Assembly: GCA_021613535.1 (NCBI GenBank)
Contig: CP075492.1
Location: 6,696,001-6,760,000, forward strand
Reading direction: 5' to 3'
From: Adineta vaga
Lineage: Eukaryota > Animalia > Rotifera
Length of the DNA: 64,000 nt
Shown: positions 24,690-36,712 of the stretch, in pieces
How positions within the stretch are numbered: the first letter of the stretch is position 1
How the letters are laid out: each line of letters opens with the position of its first letter
Program-made: the position numbers and the translations under genes
Notes under the pieces: model-generated
What the model was told of the DNA's origin: nothing
The model's input: only the letters and a program-made list of their open reading frames with translations
Databases searched by the model: none

Positions 24690-26186
24690 ATGAAAAAAAC
24701 GAAGGTATGTATTGTTGGTGCCGGAGCAGCTGGAATGTCGGCTGCTTGGTCGCTATCTCGATATCCTGATAGATTTGATGTAACAGTTTGCGAGAGAAAC
24801 GCTCAAGCAGGTGGTGTAGCAACAACGGAACATATTGAAGTTAAACCAGGTGTTTTCTGTGATATTAATGATGGAGTTCAAGGTGGATCGTCAAGTTATC
24901 GAAATTCGATATTGTTACATCGAGAAGTTGATTTCCATCCAAGTTCTGTACATATGCGTGTTTCATTTGGACAAAATTCTCGATCATGGACAAATTATTT
25001 ACCTTCGAATACGAATGGAACAGAAATTCAAGAACTTCAATCGGAAATTCGTCGTTTTGGTCGTTATTTGAAAATTATTTCTTGGCTTGAACCGATTTTT
25101 ATCTTTATACCTATTTGGTTAACAATTCGTCTCTTTTGTCTTTCTTCTCGTTTTAGTAATGCGATGCTTTACCCACTGACTGCTCTCTTTTTTGGTACAG
25201 GTAATCAAACATCAAATGTGAGTTCTGCGTTGATAGCACGTGTTTTTCTTGATCCTGATTTGAAATTATTTGATTATAATTTCGAACGTCTTCTTGCTTC
25301 TCAAGCTGATATGTTTGCATTTGATAAATTATCACATATCTATCAAGCATTAATGGATCGTTGTATTCAACTAAGTTATGGACAAACAAAATTTTATTTT
25401 AATCAACCCATCACAAAAATTTCGTCGACTAATGTTTATATAAATTCCAATGAATTTCTCGATTCATTTGATGTGATTATTTTTGCATGTGATGCAGAAA
25501 ATGTTTTAAAAATTCTTGATAAACCCAATCGATTTCAACAAACTGTTCTTGGTAATGTTCGTTATTTTGATGATGTCACTTATACACATACGGATCTTGA
25601 TTATATGAATGAACATTATAATGTTCATCTTGATTCCGATCAATATTTTATTCATACAGATATCAACGATCCTTCTTGTCCATTAGAAATGTCATTTAAT
25701 TTATCGAATTATCAAGCAGATTTAATTAAATTAAAACATGAACAATATCCATCATTAAATGTATTTCAAACAATTTTTCTTAATAAATTAGAATCAAATA
25801 AATGGACGGTGAACAAAATGAATAAGAAAAAGATTCTTCTCGAACGTTGGTGGAGACAATTCGCACATGTTTGGCAACATTTTCTGTTTACAGTTCCATT
25901 AATGCGTTTTATTCAACAAGATAATCAAAGAATTCTTTTTGCTGGAGCTTATACAATGTTTAATACACATGAAATTGCTTGTATATCAGGTTTAGCAGTT
26001 GCACATCAACTCGGAGCAACATATCCATTTGATAAAGATCCTTTAGCGGTCAAACAATTTGATTTATATTTGAATTATGTCTATGGAAAATCTCGAAATG
26101 GAAAAACAACATTTTTACAAAGATTAACTACGTGTTTATTGATACCATTGTTATGGATAGGAGTTGCCTTTCGTAAACGTCATTGA
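24690..26186 (+). CDS. Intronless FAD-dependent oxidoreductase (flavin amine oxidase-like, fungal-type family)
   Basis: Rossmann motif VCIVGAGAAGMSAA..VCE...GG; NDGVQGG; YPLTALFFGTGNQT; FAGAYTMFNTHEIACISGLAVAHQLGATYPF. Single exon of 498 aa. Confidence 0.85.
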   Translation: MKKTKVCIVGAGAAGMSAAWSLSRYPDRFDVTVCERNAQAGGVATTEHIEVKPGVFCDINDGVQGGSSSYRNSILLHREVDFHPSSVHMRVSFGQNSRSWTNYLPSNTNGTEIQELQSEIRRFGRYLKIISWLEPIFIFIPIWLTIRLFCLSSRFSNAMLYPLTALFFGTGNQTSNVSSALIARVFLDPDLKLFDYNFERLLASQADMFAFDKLSHIYQALMDRCIQLSYGQTKFYFNQPITKISSTNVYINSNEFLDSFDVIIFACDAENVLKILDKPNRFQQTVLGNVRYFDDVTYTHTDLDYMNEHYNVHLDSDQYFIHTDINDPSCPLEMSFNLSNYQADLIKLKHEQYPSLNVFQTIFLNKLESNKWTVNKMNKKKILLERWWRQFAHVWQHFLFTVPLMRFIQQDNQRILFAGAYTMFNTHEIACISGLAVAHQLGATYPFDKDPLAVKQFDLYLNYVYGKSRNGKTTFLQRLTTCLLIPLLWIGVAFRKRH

Positions 26187-26291
26187 TAAACAAAGGCGAA
26201 ATTTATTTCTCCGTCTAAAACGTTCTAGGATGAAAATCAATCAAACTTTCATTTGTTTTTCTTTCTTTCAGATAATCTCCTTTTTCTTCTC

Positions 26292-26924
26292 ATGGATCCA
26301 CCACCTATTCTAAGTAGTGCATTTCCATTACCACCGATGAGTTATATTGAATTATTCAGTGATGATAATATTAATCAAAATGATAAAATTTTACAACCAC
26401 CACCACCCATCGAAGTAAATTATTTTATAAAATTTACTTTGAATCTATCGTTTTCTTTTTAATAGGGTCCTTATGAATTGTTCGGTGCTTATGTAAGTGG
26501 AATTGATTATTCGGAACCAATCATACGTCCACTAGCAGCTCTACAAATTCAACGTGTTTATATGCGTCCAGATGATTATAAAGGTGAATTAAAGAAATTA
26601 TGTTTTGCAATCTTAACAAATTATCTTGATTTATTACAAATTGTTTCACGTTCAACATTAACACCAAGTACGGATAGTGGACATCTAACATTACGCGAAC
26701 AAAAATTGAATGAAATTGAATTATTATTTATTAATATTCATCATTTAATCAATGAATTACGACCACATCAAGCACGTGAAACACTTCGAGTTATTCTTGA
26801 AGAACAAAAACAACAACGAGAAAAGACAAGTGAAAAACTCTATTCATTTTTGAATCGTATTGTTGATGTTTTAAATTCAGCAGTCTATTCACTTAATGAT
26901 CTTGTGCCTAAAGTTTCCAATTAA
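26292..26924 (+). CDS. MED7: Mediator subunit 7 (2 exons)
   Basis: SAFPLPPMSYIELF, QPPPPIE|GPYELFG, ELKKL, LLFINIHHLINELRPHQARETLRVILE. Confidence 0.96.
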
Positions 26925-27211
26925 ATCAGATGATCACTCTTCATTCATCTTTTGTAAATGATCTTTTTTTTCTGTCGCAAAAAAAAAATAATCGATGAAA
27001 TATTCTCATCTCAGATATCTTTATTTGATCTTGAAGTTTTAGATCTAATTTCGTTTAAATAGTCACAAATATTACTTGAAATAATAATAGTAAGTTTCAC
27101 TGTTCGTGTTTGTGAGAAAATAAAACTGTCGATAGTAATATTTAGATGCTTTCAAACTTCTATAAGTTTTAAACTTTATCATAAATCCAACCATTTTCAT
27201 ATTTAGAAATA

Positions 27212-27949
27212 ATGGAACCTTCTACAACGATTAAATCATCTATTTTAAAAACCAAATCTGGTCGTACATCCTACCGTATTCGTAATTTTTCTCTTTCCGA
27301 TCGTTTTGATATTCAACGTTTATGTACAGAAGAACGAATAGAAATTCTCGTGCCAATATCTCGTGCTTGTTTTCGTAATCGATTTACTTTCATTCTACTT
27401 CTTCTGTGTATTATCATTTCAATGTTTATTTTTACTCGTCTGATTGTTTCATGTATGGTTCCTGCAATATTAATTACAAGTTTCCTTTCATATCGTATCT
27501 CCAGTTTAAAACATAAAATCAAAGCACCATTTCAACATTCATATATTGAATATACAGATAAATTATCTCGTCGACGAATTCTCGTCGCTGTCACAACAGT
27601 TGAAGATGATAGTGATGTTATGCTTGAACAAGATATTATTGGATTCATTTGTTTTTCATCACATCCATCAGAAAAACAATCAGCATTGATTACACATTTA
27701 TTTGTAACAAAAAAATATCGACATGAAAAAATTGGTCATACACTTTTACAAACATGTCGTCGAGTGATTTCCGAAGAAACTCCATATCAACATTTGTATG
27801 CACTTTGTTCGGGTTATCAAAAAGATGGATATCGATTTATGTTAGATCATCATTTTTTTATTAGTGAATCATGGACAACATGTATTTTTGTACCAGGAAT
27901 AACAGATGAACAGAAAATGTTAAGTACAACACGTATTGTACCTCTTTGA
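27212..27949 (+). CDS. Membrane-anchored GNAT N-acetyltransferase (NAT8/Camello-like)
   Basis: YRIRNF..SD, hydrophobic hairpin, IIGFIC, acetyl-CoA motif A LFVTKKYRHEKIGHTLL, motif B GYRFMLDHHF. Confidence 0.8.
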   Translation: MEPSTTIKSSILKTKSGRTSYRIRNFSLSDRFDIQRLCTEERIEILVPISRACFRNRFTFILLLLCIIISMFIFTRLIVSCMVPAILITSFLSYRISSLKHKIKAPFQHSYIEYTDKLSRRRILVAVTTVEDDSDVMLEQDIIGFICFSSHPSEKQSALITHLFVTKKYRHEKIGHTLLQTCRRVISEETPYQHLYALCSGYQKDGYRFMLDHHFFISESWTTCIFVPGITDEQKMLSTTRIVPL

Positions 27950-30900
27950 ATGTCTATTCAATTTTGTAATGTCAGATAAACTACTAGTCATTGTATTTCA
28001 AACAAATATCTAATAATAAACACAATCTTTTTTTTTGTATTTAATACGCATGAGAAACTCATGACAGAGGTTCTTTTTGATGTATACTAAAGTCAGTTTA
28101 CATCACAAATGTTACGCCAGAGAGAAAATGACATTGTCAATACTCATCTGTTCTTCAATTTGATCATTTACCCTTCTAATCTAAACGACTTATCCGTAAT
28201 TATTTGACATTTCATCATCATATCGACATTGACAGAAGTAATCTTTGTGTTAAACATATACTTTCTTGGAAGTAGAAGAAGAAGAAGAAGGAAAACATCA
28301 GATGAAATGAGTTTTGTCACCTCGAAGGATAACTTGAACGTCATGGTTCTTCTCTGGTTTCGAACGACAAAAGATCAATCGATTAACATTTTTCTTTTCA
28401 TTTGGTATGTATGTTCGATGTAAAGTGTCAAAAATTCAAATGTAACACTTGAGAAATCCTCCTTCACTTTTGTTATTTTTCGAACAGTCAATCAATAATA
28501 ACGTTAAGTGATATTTATTGAAAAATGATTAGATCATGTTTTAATAATCATCGAAATGAGACTTTCTCGAAAGTATATAATCGTCTGAAAGCCGTGCAAG
28601 TGTTTATTTTTCATCGGATATGATGTGAGAAAGAAAAAGAAGAAGTTGAATATCAACTTGTGACGAGAATGATTGAGTGTTCATGTCTTTATTCTTTAAC
28701 TTCAGTTTACTTTTGCTCAAGTGATGCATTTCATCATCGTCGACGTTCAATCAATACAATAACGCACTTCTCGTTTTCTTTTTCTTAGCATCTATGAAGT
28801 AGTACCAATGTTTCTATTGTTATTCTACATTCGTCAACTTGATGCTTATAAAAAGCATAAAACACGACAAGACGAGACATATTCACTTGTGAGAAGTAAA
28901 AGAAAAACGAACAAATGACATCATGATCATTATCTTTAAATGCAGCTGTTCCTTTTTAAATGCAAATAATTCTTCAAAATTGATGACCACCTGTCGTGTC
29001 CGAGGACAAAAAAATTATCTCTTTTTTTTCGTCTCTCCCTCTCTCTCTCTCGTTTTTCTATTTCTAGTCCATTATGCAATCTAAAGAGCAAGAAAAAAAA
29101 GAAACATTTGAACATATTTCTTCATGATTGGCTAATGCTTTTCTTTTTTTTTCCTAATTCATTGTTGTTATAACAATATGTATATAATTGTACTACTAAG
29201 CTACATAAGTTAATAGAAGAACAACATAAGATGTAAGACATGCATGTTTCATAATCGTTAACTATCATCGTGTACACTAGCTTGGAAGCGACATTTATCC
29301 AGTAGAGTTCATCTCCATATGAAAATAACTCTCTTAACAAATCGTCGCCGATGCCGCGTCATTCGTTTGATATTTCTTTTCATACACGGAAATATATTTC
29401 AGTAATTTCCGGTAAGTACATAGAAAATTTGTCGCACCTTACTTGTCAACTTCATTAGACTAGGTTCGTTTGATAAAAAAAGTAGCATTCCCGTCCAATG
29501 TCTATTGCTACCGAGCGATAGAAAAAGCAAACCTAATTATCCTTGATTAGTATTTTAAGTACGTACAAAATCGAGAAAGCATTTGATCACGGTCATTTAT
29601 TCTTCCAGATGTTCTACACTTGCAAACTTATACAATCTAAAAGCATAATCTATTTATATACTATCTTAGTTCAAGAGCTTTCAACTTGCGTCATATACCT
29701 ACCAATTCTTTTTCGCTTAATTACTTGTCCACTTCTTCAATCATCTTACGCATAATTCTCTCGCTCTTTTTTTCTTCTTCTTCAGAGTTTCCGTCAAATG
29801 TCTCTCGAAAACGTAATGGATCAAAAGATTGGTGCAACGATATGAAGACGTATCTATCCCAGTTGACCTGAGGAGTGAATACGAGCAGACATTGAATGTT
29901 GTAAATGATTAATTCATTGCAATGGTCATTTATGTCTTTTGTTTCTTCGTCTTTCTTTCTGTCTCCTTCTCTCTCTCCCTCTCACTATGACGCGAGAGTT
30001 AACACCGTCTTGTCCCATTCGGGTCAATGCATTTCCTGGATGTGAATTTGAAACATAAGCAATGATTATAGGAAAAAAGAAAACGACAGACAGCCGATGA
30101 GAAAAAGTGACGCGTCGAATATCATTTGTAGGGGTAGAACTCAACTAATCGAACGACATTATTACATCATTTTGTGGTCGACGCGTGCATGATGACAGGT
30201 AGACAATTAAAAAGAAAGAGCTTTTCTTTTACTTCAATGTACATGTATTACGTGAGAATTTTTTCTTCTCATTTTTTTTTCTTCTCAAATTCTATGTACA
30301 AATATCAAAGTGTTTACTAATTTACTTATTTCGTTCAATTCCATGCATATGCAAATTATTCCTTCAATCATCATTGATGTTCATGTTTTGCCGACTTGTA
30401 TACAAACTACGGTCTGTTAATTTGTTTTCTCGCCTCGAGCATATTAGATGTGACAAATGCAATAAAAGATTTCCTTCTATGATTCATTTTCACACTCACT
30501 TTACATCAATGATCGATATAAAAGACGAAAACAACAAATACTAAACATAGTCTTTGTTATTTGATCATGATCATGATCATGATGATCGTCATCACCATCA
30601 TAAAACATAGGAAGTAGTTCATATTGAAACGATGACCTCGAGGTGCCGACGAAATGTAAACAATACATCTAATTGTCAAGTGCAATATGAAGAATATTCG
30701 TATCATTATCAAAACTAATCGTTAGTCAAACTTAACGATTAATCTCCAAAAAAATTATCAAGTAAATAGAGAAAGTAAGAAATCGATATGTACATATGGG
30801 TGGAGAAAAAAAAACGCCCCTAAATTAATTAGAATCTTTTTAGGAGATTGACTTAGAAACGAATCTATCTAATCTGATTTCGCGCTGATGAAAATGCAAC

Positions 30901-31697
30901 TTAATAAGCTTATCTGATGCACGAAGAAAAACTTACATAACAGATAAATGAGTTGTTAGACGTTTTATATTCACTAATCGAATTATCATTCCGATCAAAT
31001 CTTCGTGTTCAGTTTGTTTTCCCTTTTCCGTTCATTAATGTCTAATGAACACGATACAGAATATGATATCAATTCACTTACGTTTATTAGAGAGGGAATT
31101 ATTTACGGTTGATAACTTAACATGAGACAATTTTTCTTCTTCTTTTTTTTTGTTTGGATAGCCTCTTGTGACAGTATATAGACTATGAGTAGCTGCATTG
31201 TTTCAACTACTCCTATCATTTCTCCAAAGCTTTGTTAGATGAGAGAGTGGAAAGCAATTAAATGATTAATAAGAACCCAGTATCAAATGAGATGCTAGTT
31301 AGAAGCGTTAACAATAGGATTTCTTTTTTCTTGTCATCTGCAGCTCGTTTGTTCGTCCATGCGAAGTGCTAGATGAATTAAAAGATTACGATATCTTCAC
31401 ACACCCTCACACAAGTCTCGAGATGTTTCTTTTTTTTCCTATCTTTGAAATTAGTTCACTACTGATAAAAAAAAAGAATCATCGAATTCTATTGTCTTAA
31501 CATTTGACATTCTACAGTTATTTCTTTCTCACTGTCTCCATGAGAGAGAAGAAAAAATCGATCATTGAACAAGAGAGAGAGCGAGACACATAGAAAAGGC
31601 AAAGTACATTTTCTTCCTCGCTCTTGCTCTCTCGCTCTCTCCTTCTCTCCTTCTTTCTTTTTTCTATTGATCATTGTTATATTTCTTGCTATTCTAG

Positions 31698-33002
31698 ATG
31701 CAAATGACTATCATCTACTTTTTTCTATTTATTTCATCGGTCCTTTCACTGCAACTTGATATTCGGTATCCACAATTTTTCCATCAATCTATACATGATT
31801 CTGCTATTGAAATTACCGAAGGAAAAGTATCTGGCAGTTTCATTGCATTTATCAATCTTATCAATGAAACAAATTTGACTTTGAATGAATGGTTACTAAA
31901 TACTACAAACTCAGATTTCAAAATTCAAGCCAATGGAATTTCCTACGTTTTGATTAATACTCAAATACTGGATCGTGAACGAGAGAATTTCTATGATTTC
32001 TCCATCGTTGCTCAACATCTCGTACCACCTTTTGAAAAAACTTCCAAAAATATTCGTATTCGAATTGTTGACATCAATGATTGTACACCTTCATTCAATC
32101 AAACAACTTATCAGACAAGCTTAGTACCCAATGAAACAACATTTACCGTCACAGCATTTGATTGTGATGAAGTCAATACTGAAAACAGTCGAATATCGTA
32201 TTCTTTATCAAATTATCAAGATCTTTTTCGCATCAATGAAGTAACCGGTCTCATTGAATGTATTAAAAATTTACAAACATATGAACGCTATGAAATCATT
32301 GTCGTTGCACGTGATCACGGTAAACCACCATTATCATCAACGGCATTGGTTCAAATTCAATTAGTTACATCAAAATACGAAAAAGCGAAATCATCTACAT
32401 CATGGTTTGCAATGGATCAAAGTCCGGAGAATGCTTTCATCTTAGCTGGAATATTAGCAAGTTGTTTGGTATTTCTTTGTTTATTAATATGTTTAATCTG
32501 TTGTATTAATTACAAATTAAAACGACGAAAAGAAGACAGTTTAACTGAAAAGAAATTTTCATCAACAACATCAATTAATTCCAATAATGATTTTCAACAA
32601 ACATCGGTCTATGATGCTATTAATATGTTTCCAAATACATATTATTTACCAGTTAAACAACAAAATGAATTAATGGAAAATATCAATAATTCGAATAATA
32701 ATGAAATTTCACTGCAAATTCCTCATTCATCGTCAACAACAAGTAGTCCGATATCAGGAAATGATCATGGAACGAAAATTGGTTCGGATGATGGATGTTA
32801 TTGTTCAAGTGATATGTCATCCGAACAATCGAATAATATTCTACTCTTAAATCCATCATCACTTCGATTATCAAGTTTTAAATTATCATCAAAACAAGTT
32901 CGATTTCATGAACAAAATTCTAATATTGACGGCGTTTTAAAACGTTTTGAAGATCTTTATGAAACACAGACGAATACAGACCCTTGCGCTTCTTATGTTT
33001 AA
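31698..33002 (+). CDS. Single-exon short protocadherin-like protein: signal peptide, 2 cadherin repeats, TM helix, cytoplasmic tail
   Basis: Cadherin motifs LDRE, DINDCTP, AFDCD..NSRISY, ARDHGKPPLSS; TM AFILAGILASCLVFLCLLICLICCI followed by KLKRRK. Confidence 0.9.
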   Translation: MQMTIIYFFLFISSVLSLQLDIRYPQFFHQSIHDSAIEITEGKVSGSFIAFINLINETNLTLNEWLLNTTNSDFKIQANGISYVLINTQILDRERENFYDFSIVAQHLVPPFEKTSKNIRIRIVDINDCTPSFNQTTYQTSLVPNETTFTVTAFDCDEVNTENSRISYSLSNYQDLFRINEVTGLIECIKNLQTYERYEIIVVARDHGKPPLSSTALVQIQLVTSKYEKAKSSTSWFAMDQSPENAFILAGILASCLVFLCLLICLICCINYKLKRRKEDSLTEKKFSSTTSINSNNDFQQTSVYDAINMFPNTYYLPVKQQNELMENINNSNNNEISLQIPHSSSTTSSPISGNDHGTKIGSDDGCYCSSDMSSEQSNNILLLNPSSLRLSSFKLSSKQVRFHEQNSNIDGVLKRFEDLYETQTNTDPCASYV

Positions 33003-33026
33003 TGTTCTGAGTTTTTGCTCTTTTCA

Positions 33027-33053
33027 TGTGTGTGTGTGTGTGTGTGCGTGTGT
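33027..33053. repeat. (TG)n microsatellite in the 3'UTR of the cadherin gene
   Basis: tgtgtgtgtgtgtgtgtgtgcgtgtgt. Confidence 0.9.
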
Positions 33054-34683
33054 ATGTATGTTTCTTATGACCAAAAAAAAACACTAAATAACGAACAGTC
33101 AATCGATATGCATCATTAGTTTTTACATCTAACTAGCTATGGTCATGTATGGAATGGAAAGATTCTTTCATATATTTGTGTTTTTTTTAAAGGTTAACTA
33201 ACAATATTGAGTATGTGTACGTGTTTGTCTATCCTTCTGTTATATGCCGCAATGAGTATAATCTGTATTGCGTGTATTAGAGATGCGAGACGATGGTAAA
33301 ATAAGTTGACCATTTCTTGAGCCTTATTTTGTTCTTTCTCTCTCTCTTCTCAGACCATTCAATTAGTAACTGAAAATGACAAAGCTCTTTTCTACATTCG
33401 ATGACTAATTGGTGTAAAGAAAAGAACAGATTAGCAGATGTCCGGTCATTTAGAAATACAAAAGGAAGTAATGTTTAGTCCTGTGCATATCGAATAAGCT
33501 TTATTGGTATGTCATTGAAAACCGATTTATTGTCGTGCTGTTATGATTGAAAAATATTTTGATGGGTTTGATGGACACACCCAATAGTTTGATGAAACAT
33601 AGTTATTCATTGAAGACAAGCAATTATTCACACGCAGCGAGAGCACGTTAATGAGAATTTAACAATCTCTCTCTCTTCTCTAATCTTTGTTGTGCAAGCA
33701 GCTGTGACTGATGAAATCGGCTTATAATGTCGGCAACTGTTTGCTTGTCTTCAAAAGATTTCTAAATCTATCGATTTGTTCAGTTATGTTTTTTTTCAAA
33801 TTTTTCAATTAGATATCAACACTAAATATCTAGACGTAAATTGATACACGTGTCTAAGTCGTAATGATTATATACTCAATAAATAACAATCATGATGATA
33901 ATAAGTATTCTATACCGATATTAAACATTGAACTCATCATTCGTGAGAATTGAAAGCAGGTTGACAGACATTGTCTATGTTTTATTTGCATCTAATCTAT
34001 ATTCTAAATATGTATACGAATCTGTCTTTGTTCTACTTGCACAAGGTTAACAGTACCGTCATTATCCTTTCTCTTCTTTTTCATCGCGTCCAATTTCAAT
34101 ATTGACGTGAACGATTGATGATGACGCTCGAAAAAGCATTGACCTTCCTTTCATTAGACAGAGTCAAGCTGTTCTCTTCATCTATATACAATAAGAGATC
34201 TTACCAGTGGACATTATTGCTTTTTAAATAAGTATATATATATATATTAAGAACTTGTTTATTATCATCTAAAGTTGATGAGTTTTTAAGTAAAATCGAA
34301 ACTTCACCTCGAATGAGACTGTTCTTCCATGATTTTTCTTTTCTAAATATGATTAATTTGTTAAAATGAATTTTGTATTGCAAACGAAGAAAAAATATTT
34401 TTGACCTTGAAAAATGTGTTTGTTTTCATCAATGGATGATTATGATATGATCCAGAATATTTTTTCAATGTCTTCTTTTTCAATCATCCTTAAATCTTCG
34501 TCTCTATGGTTTTAATAAGAATCAACAAAATGTCTAGATTAAACTTTTTAGTGCATCTATTGAAAAGAAAAAATATATATAATAGTTATCATTTCTAGCA
34601 CAAATCTAACCAGAGAATATATTTCATTTCATTTGCTACCTACAATCATCTTCAGACTATACAAACAACAATAATAATTATTC

Positions 34684-35504
34684 ATGTCTAAAAGTGATGC
34701 TCCACCAGCTTATACATCATATCAACATGCTTGTGTTTCATTAAATATGAGTGATCGTCTTCGTTTAATGCGATTTCCACCAACAATAATTGAACTTGTT
34801 CGACAAGCAATTCTTGATAGTTGGCCACGTGGTATAAATAAAGAGAAGCAAGAAACTGATTTTTATGAATTTAAACTTCATGGAAATCCATGGTGGGGAC
34901 AAGGTGATGAGGCTGTTCCAGCTCGATCTTTAATGTAGTTCATTTTTATGAACCCTTTCTATTCTAAAGATTTTTCTATTTAGGATTCATGTTTTGTCAG
35001 GTTTGCATAATAAGGGTTGGTTTTTATTATCTTCGACAGATGTTTCCAAAAAAGCATTGGATAAGGATTGTTTGATTTTTCAACTGGGACCAGTTCCATC
35101 ACTAACATCGTTTTTTTCGGTTTCATTCGATGATTATGATAAATTACGTTTGATTAGTGCTCCAGCTGAATTAATTCCGGCTGTACAAAAAACCCTTGGT
35201 CAAGAAAGTATTCAGCGAGAAGAATGGCGTGATGGTGGCAATGCTTATCAATTTAAATTGTATGATTTGTACTTTTTCATTTCGATCATTTTCTATACTA
35301 TCGATCAACATTTGTTTTTGTTTTTATAGACGAGGCAATCCTTGGATAAGTAATGGTGAGGATGCAACTAATACAAGATTGAAATTACTTTCATTACTTG
35401 ATTGTTTTGTCAAGTATGGATGGAAATTACATGCAAGTATTGATATTAGTCAAGGTCATGAAGGTAGAGATGCTGATTCATGGTTTCTTCGACGAGATAC
35501 TTAA
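34684..35504 (+). CDS. Uncharacterised protein with two internal ~110-aa repeats, paralogue 1 (3 exons)
   Basis: Repeat pattern S.DRLRL..FP....GI..E....EFKLHGNPW...GW.L..STD.SK..DKD occurs twice. Introns 34935-34983 and 35260-35328 keep the frame. Confidence 0.85.
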
Positions 35505-35881
35505 TTCATAGGCATGATTGTATGAAAAAAACAAACATTTTCTTTAGTATTAAATGCTTTTACTCTTAGTTAGTCCGTGTTATTGTTGTTGTCTTGTTTG
35601 AAATGTTTTGTCTAGCTTAAATTATTCGTTGGTTCTTCTATAATAAACTTCTATCTAACTAATGCTTAAGAAACATAGAAATCTTGAATTGAGTGATTCC
35701 GACATCTATCTGTTTTTTTCAGGAAGACTGGTCGATGTTTTTGTCTCCAATATAATCGTTGATCCTTTTCTAATCAGATAATATGTATGATGCGATCGAG
35801 AATTTCGTAATATTTGAAATTTCTCTGACCAGAAATATGTCAATATTTCATTAAAACTTTCACGGTATATAGTTTACATAC

Positions 35882-36712
35882 ATGATGTCTTGTCAAATAG
35901 TGGACGATTTCAATGAAATGCCACCAACATATTCTCGTCATCAACATGCTTGTATTATGTTAAGTTCGAGTGATAAACTTCGATTACTTCGATTTCCTTC
36001 AACGATTATCGATGTTCTTCGCCAAGCGATCATGAATGGTTGGTCAAAAGGTATTCAACGAGAAAGAACATATGAAAATACTTATGAATTTAAATTGCAT
36101 GGAAATCCTTGGTGGGGTCAGGGCAATGAGGCAGTACCATCACGAATGTTAATGTAAATCATCTTCTTTCAATCATTTCATATTTATTCTATTACTCATT
36201 GTCTCTAGGACTCATATTCTTGCAGCTCTTTATAATTATGGTTGGTATCTATTAGCATCAGCAGATATTTCGAAATCAAAATATGATAAAGATTCGTTAA
36301 TCTTTCAGCTTGGTGTATGTCCAACACCAACGTTATTTTTTTCTGTTTCATTCAATGAATACGATAAATTACGTTTGATTTGTGCTCCACCTGAATTGAT
36401 TCCAGCTGTACAACAAGCTCTCGGTCGAGGATATATTCAACGAGAAGGATGGCGTGACCGAGGAGCCGCTTATCAATTTAAATTGTAGAACATCAATCAT
36501 ACATTTTTCGACTTGTTATTATTGTTTTGTTTTATAGACGTGGTACACCATGGTTGTCCAGCTCGACTGAAGGGATACATTGTCGAATGAAACTACTCGC
36601 CTTATTAGATTGTTTCACGGCGTTTGGTTGGAAATTATATGCAAGTGTTGATATAAGTGAAGGATATAAAGGTCAAGATACTGATTCGTGGTTTCTCCGT
36701 CGTGAATTGTAA
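35882..36712 (+). CDS. Uncharacterised two-repeat protein, tandem paralogue 2 (3 exons)
   Basis: Clearly similar to 34684-35504 (EFKLHGNPWWGQG.EAVP, DKLRLI.AP.ELIPAVQ, DSWFLRR) with identical intron positions. Confidence 0.85.
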
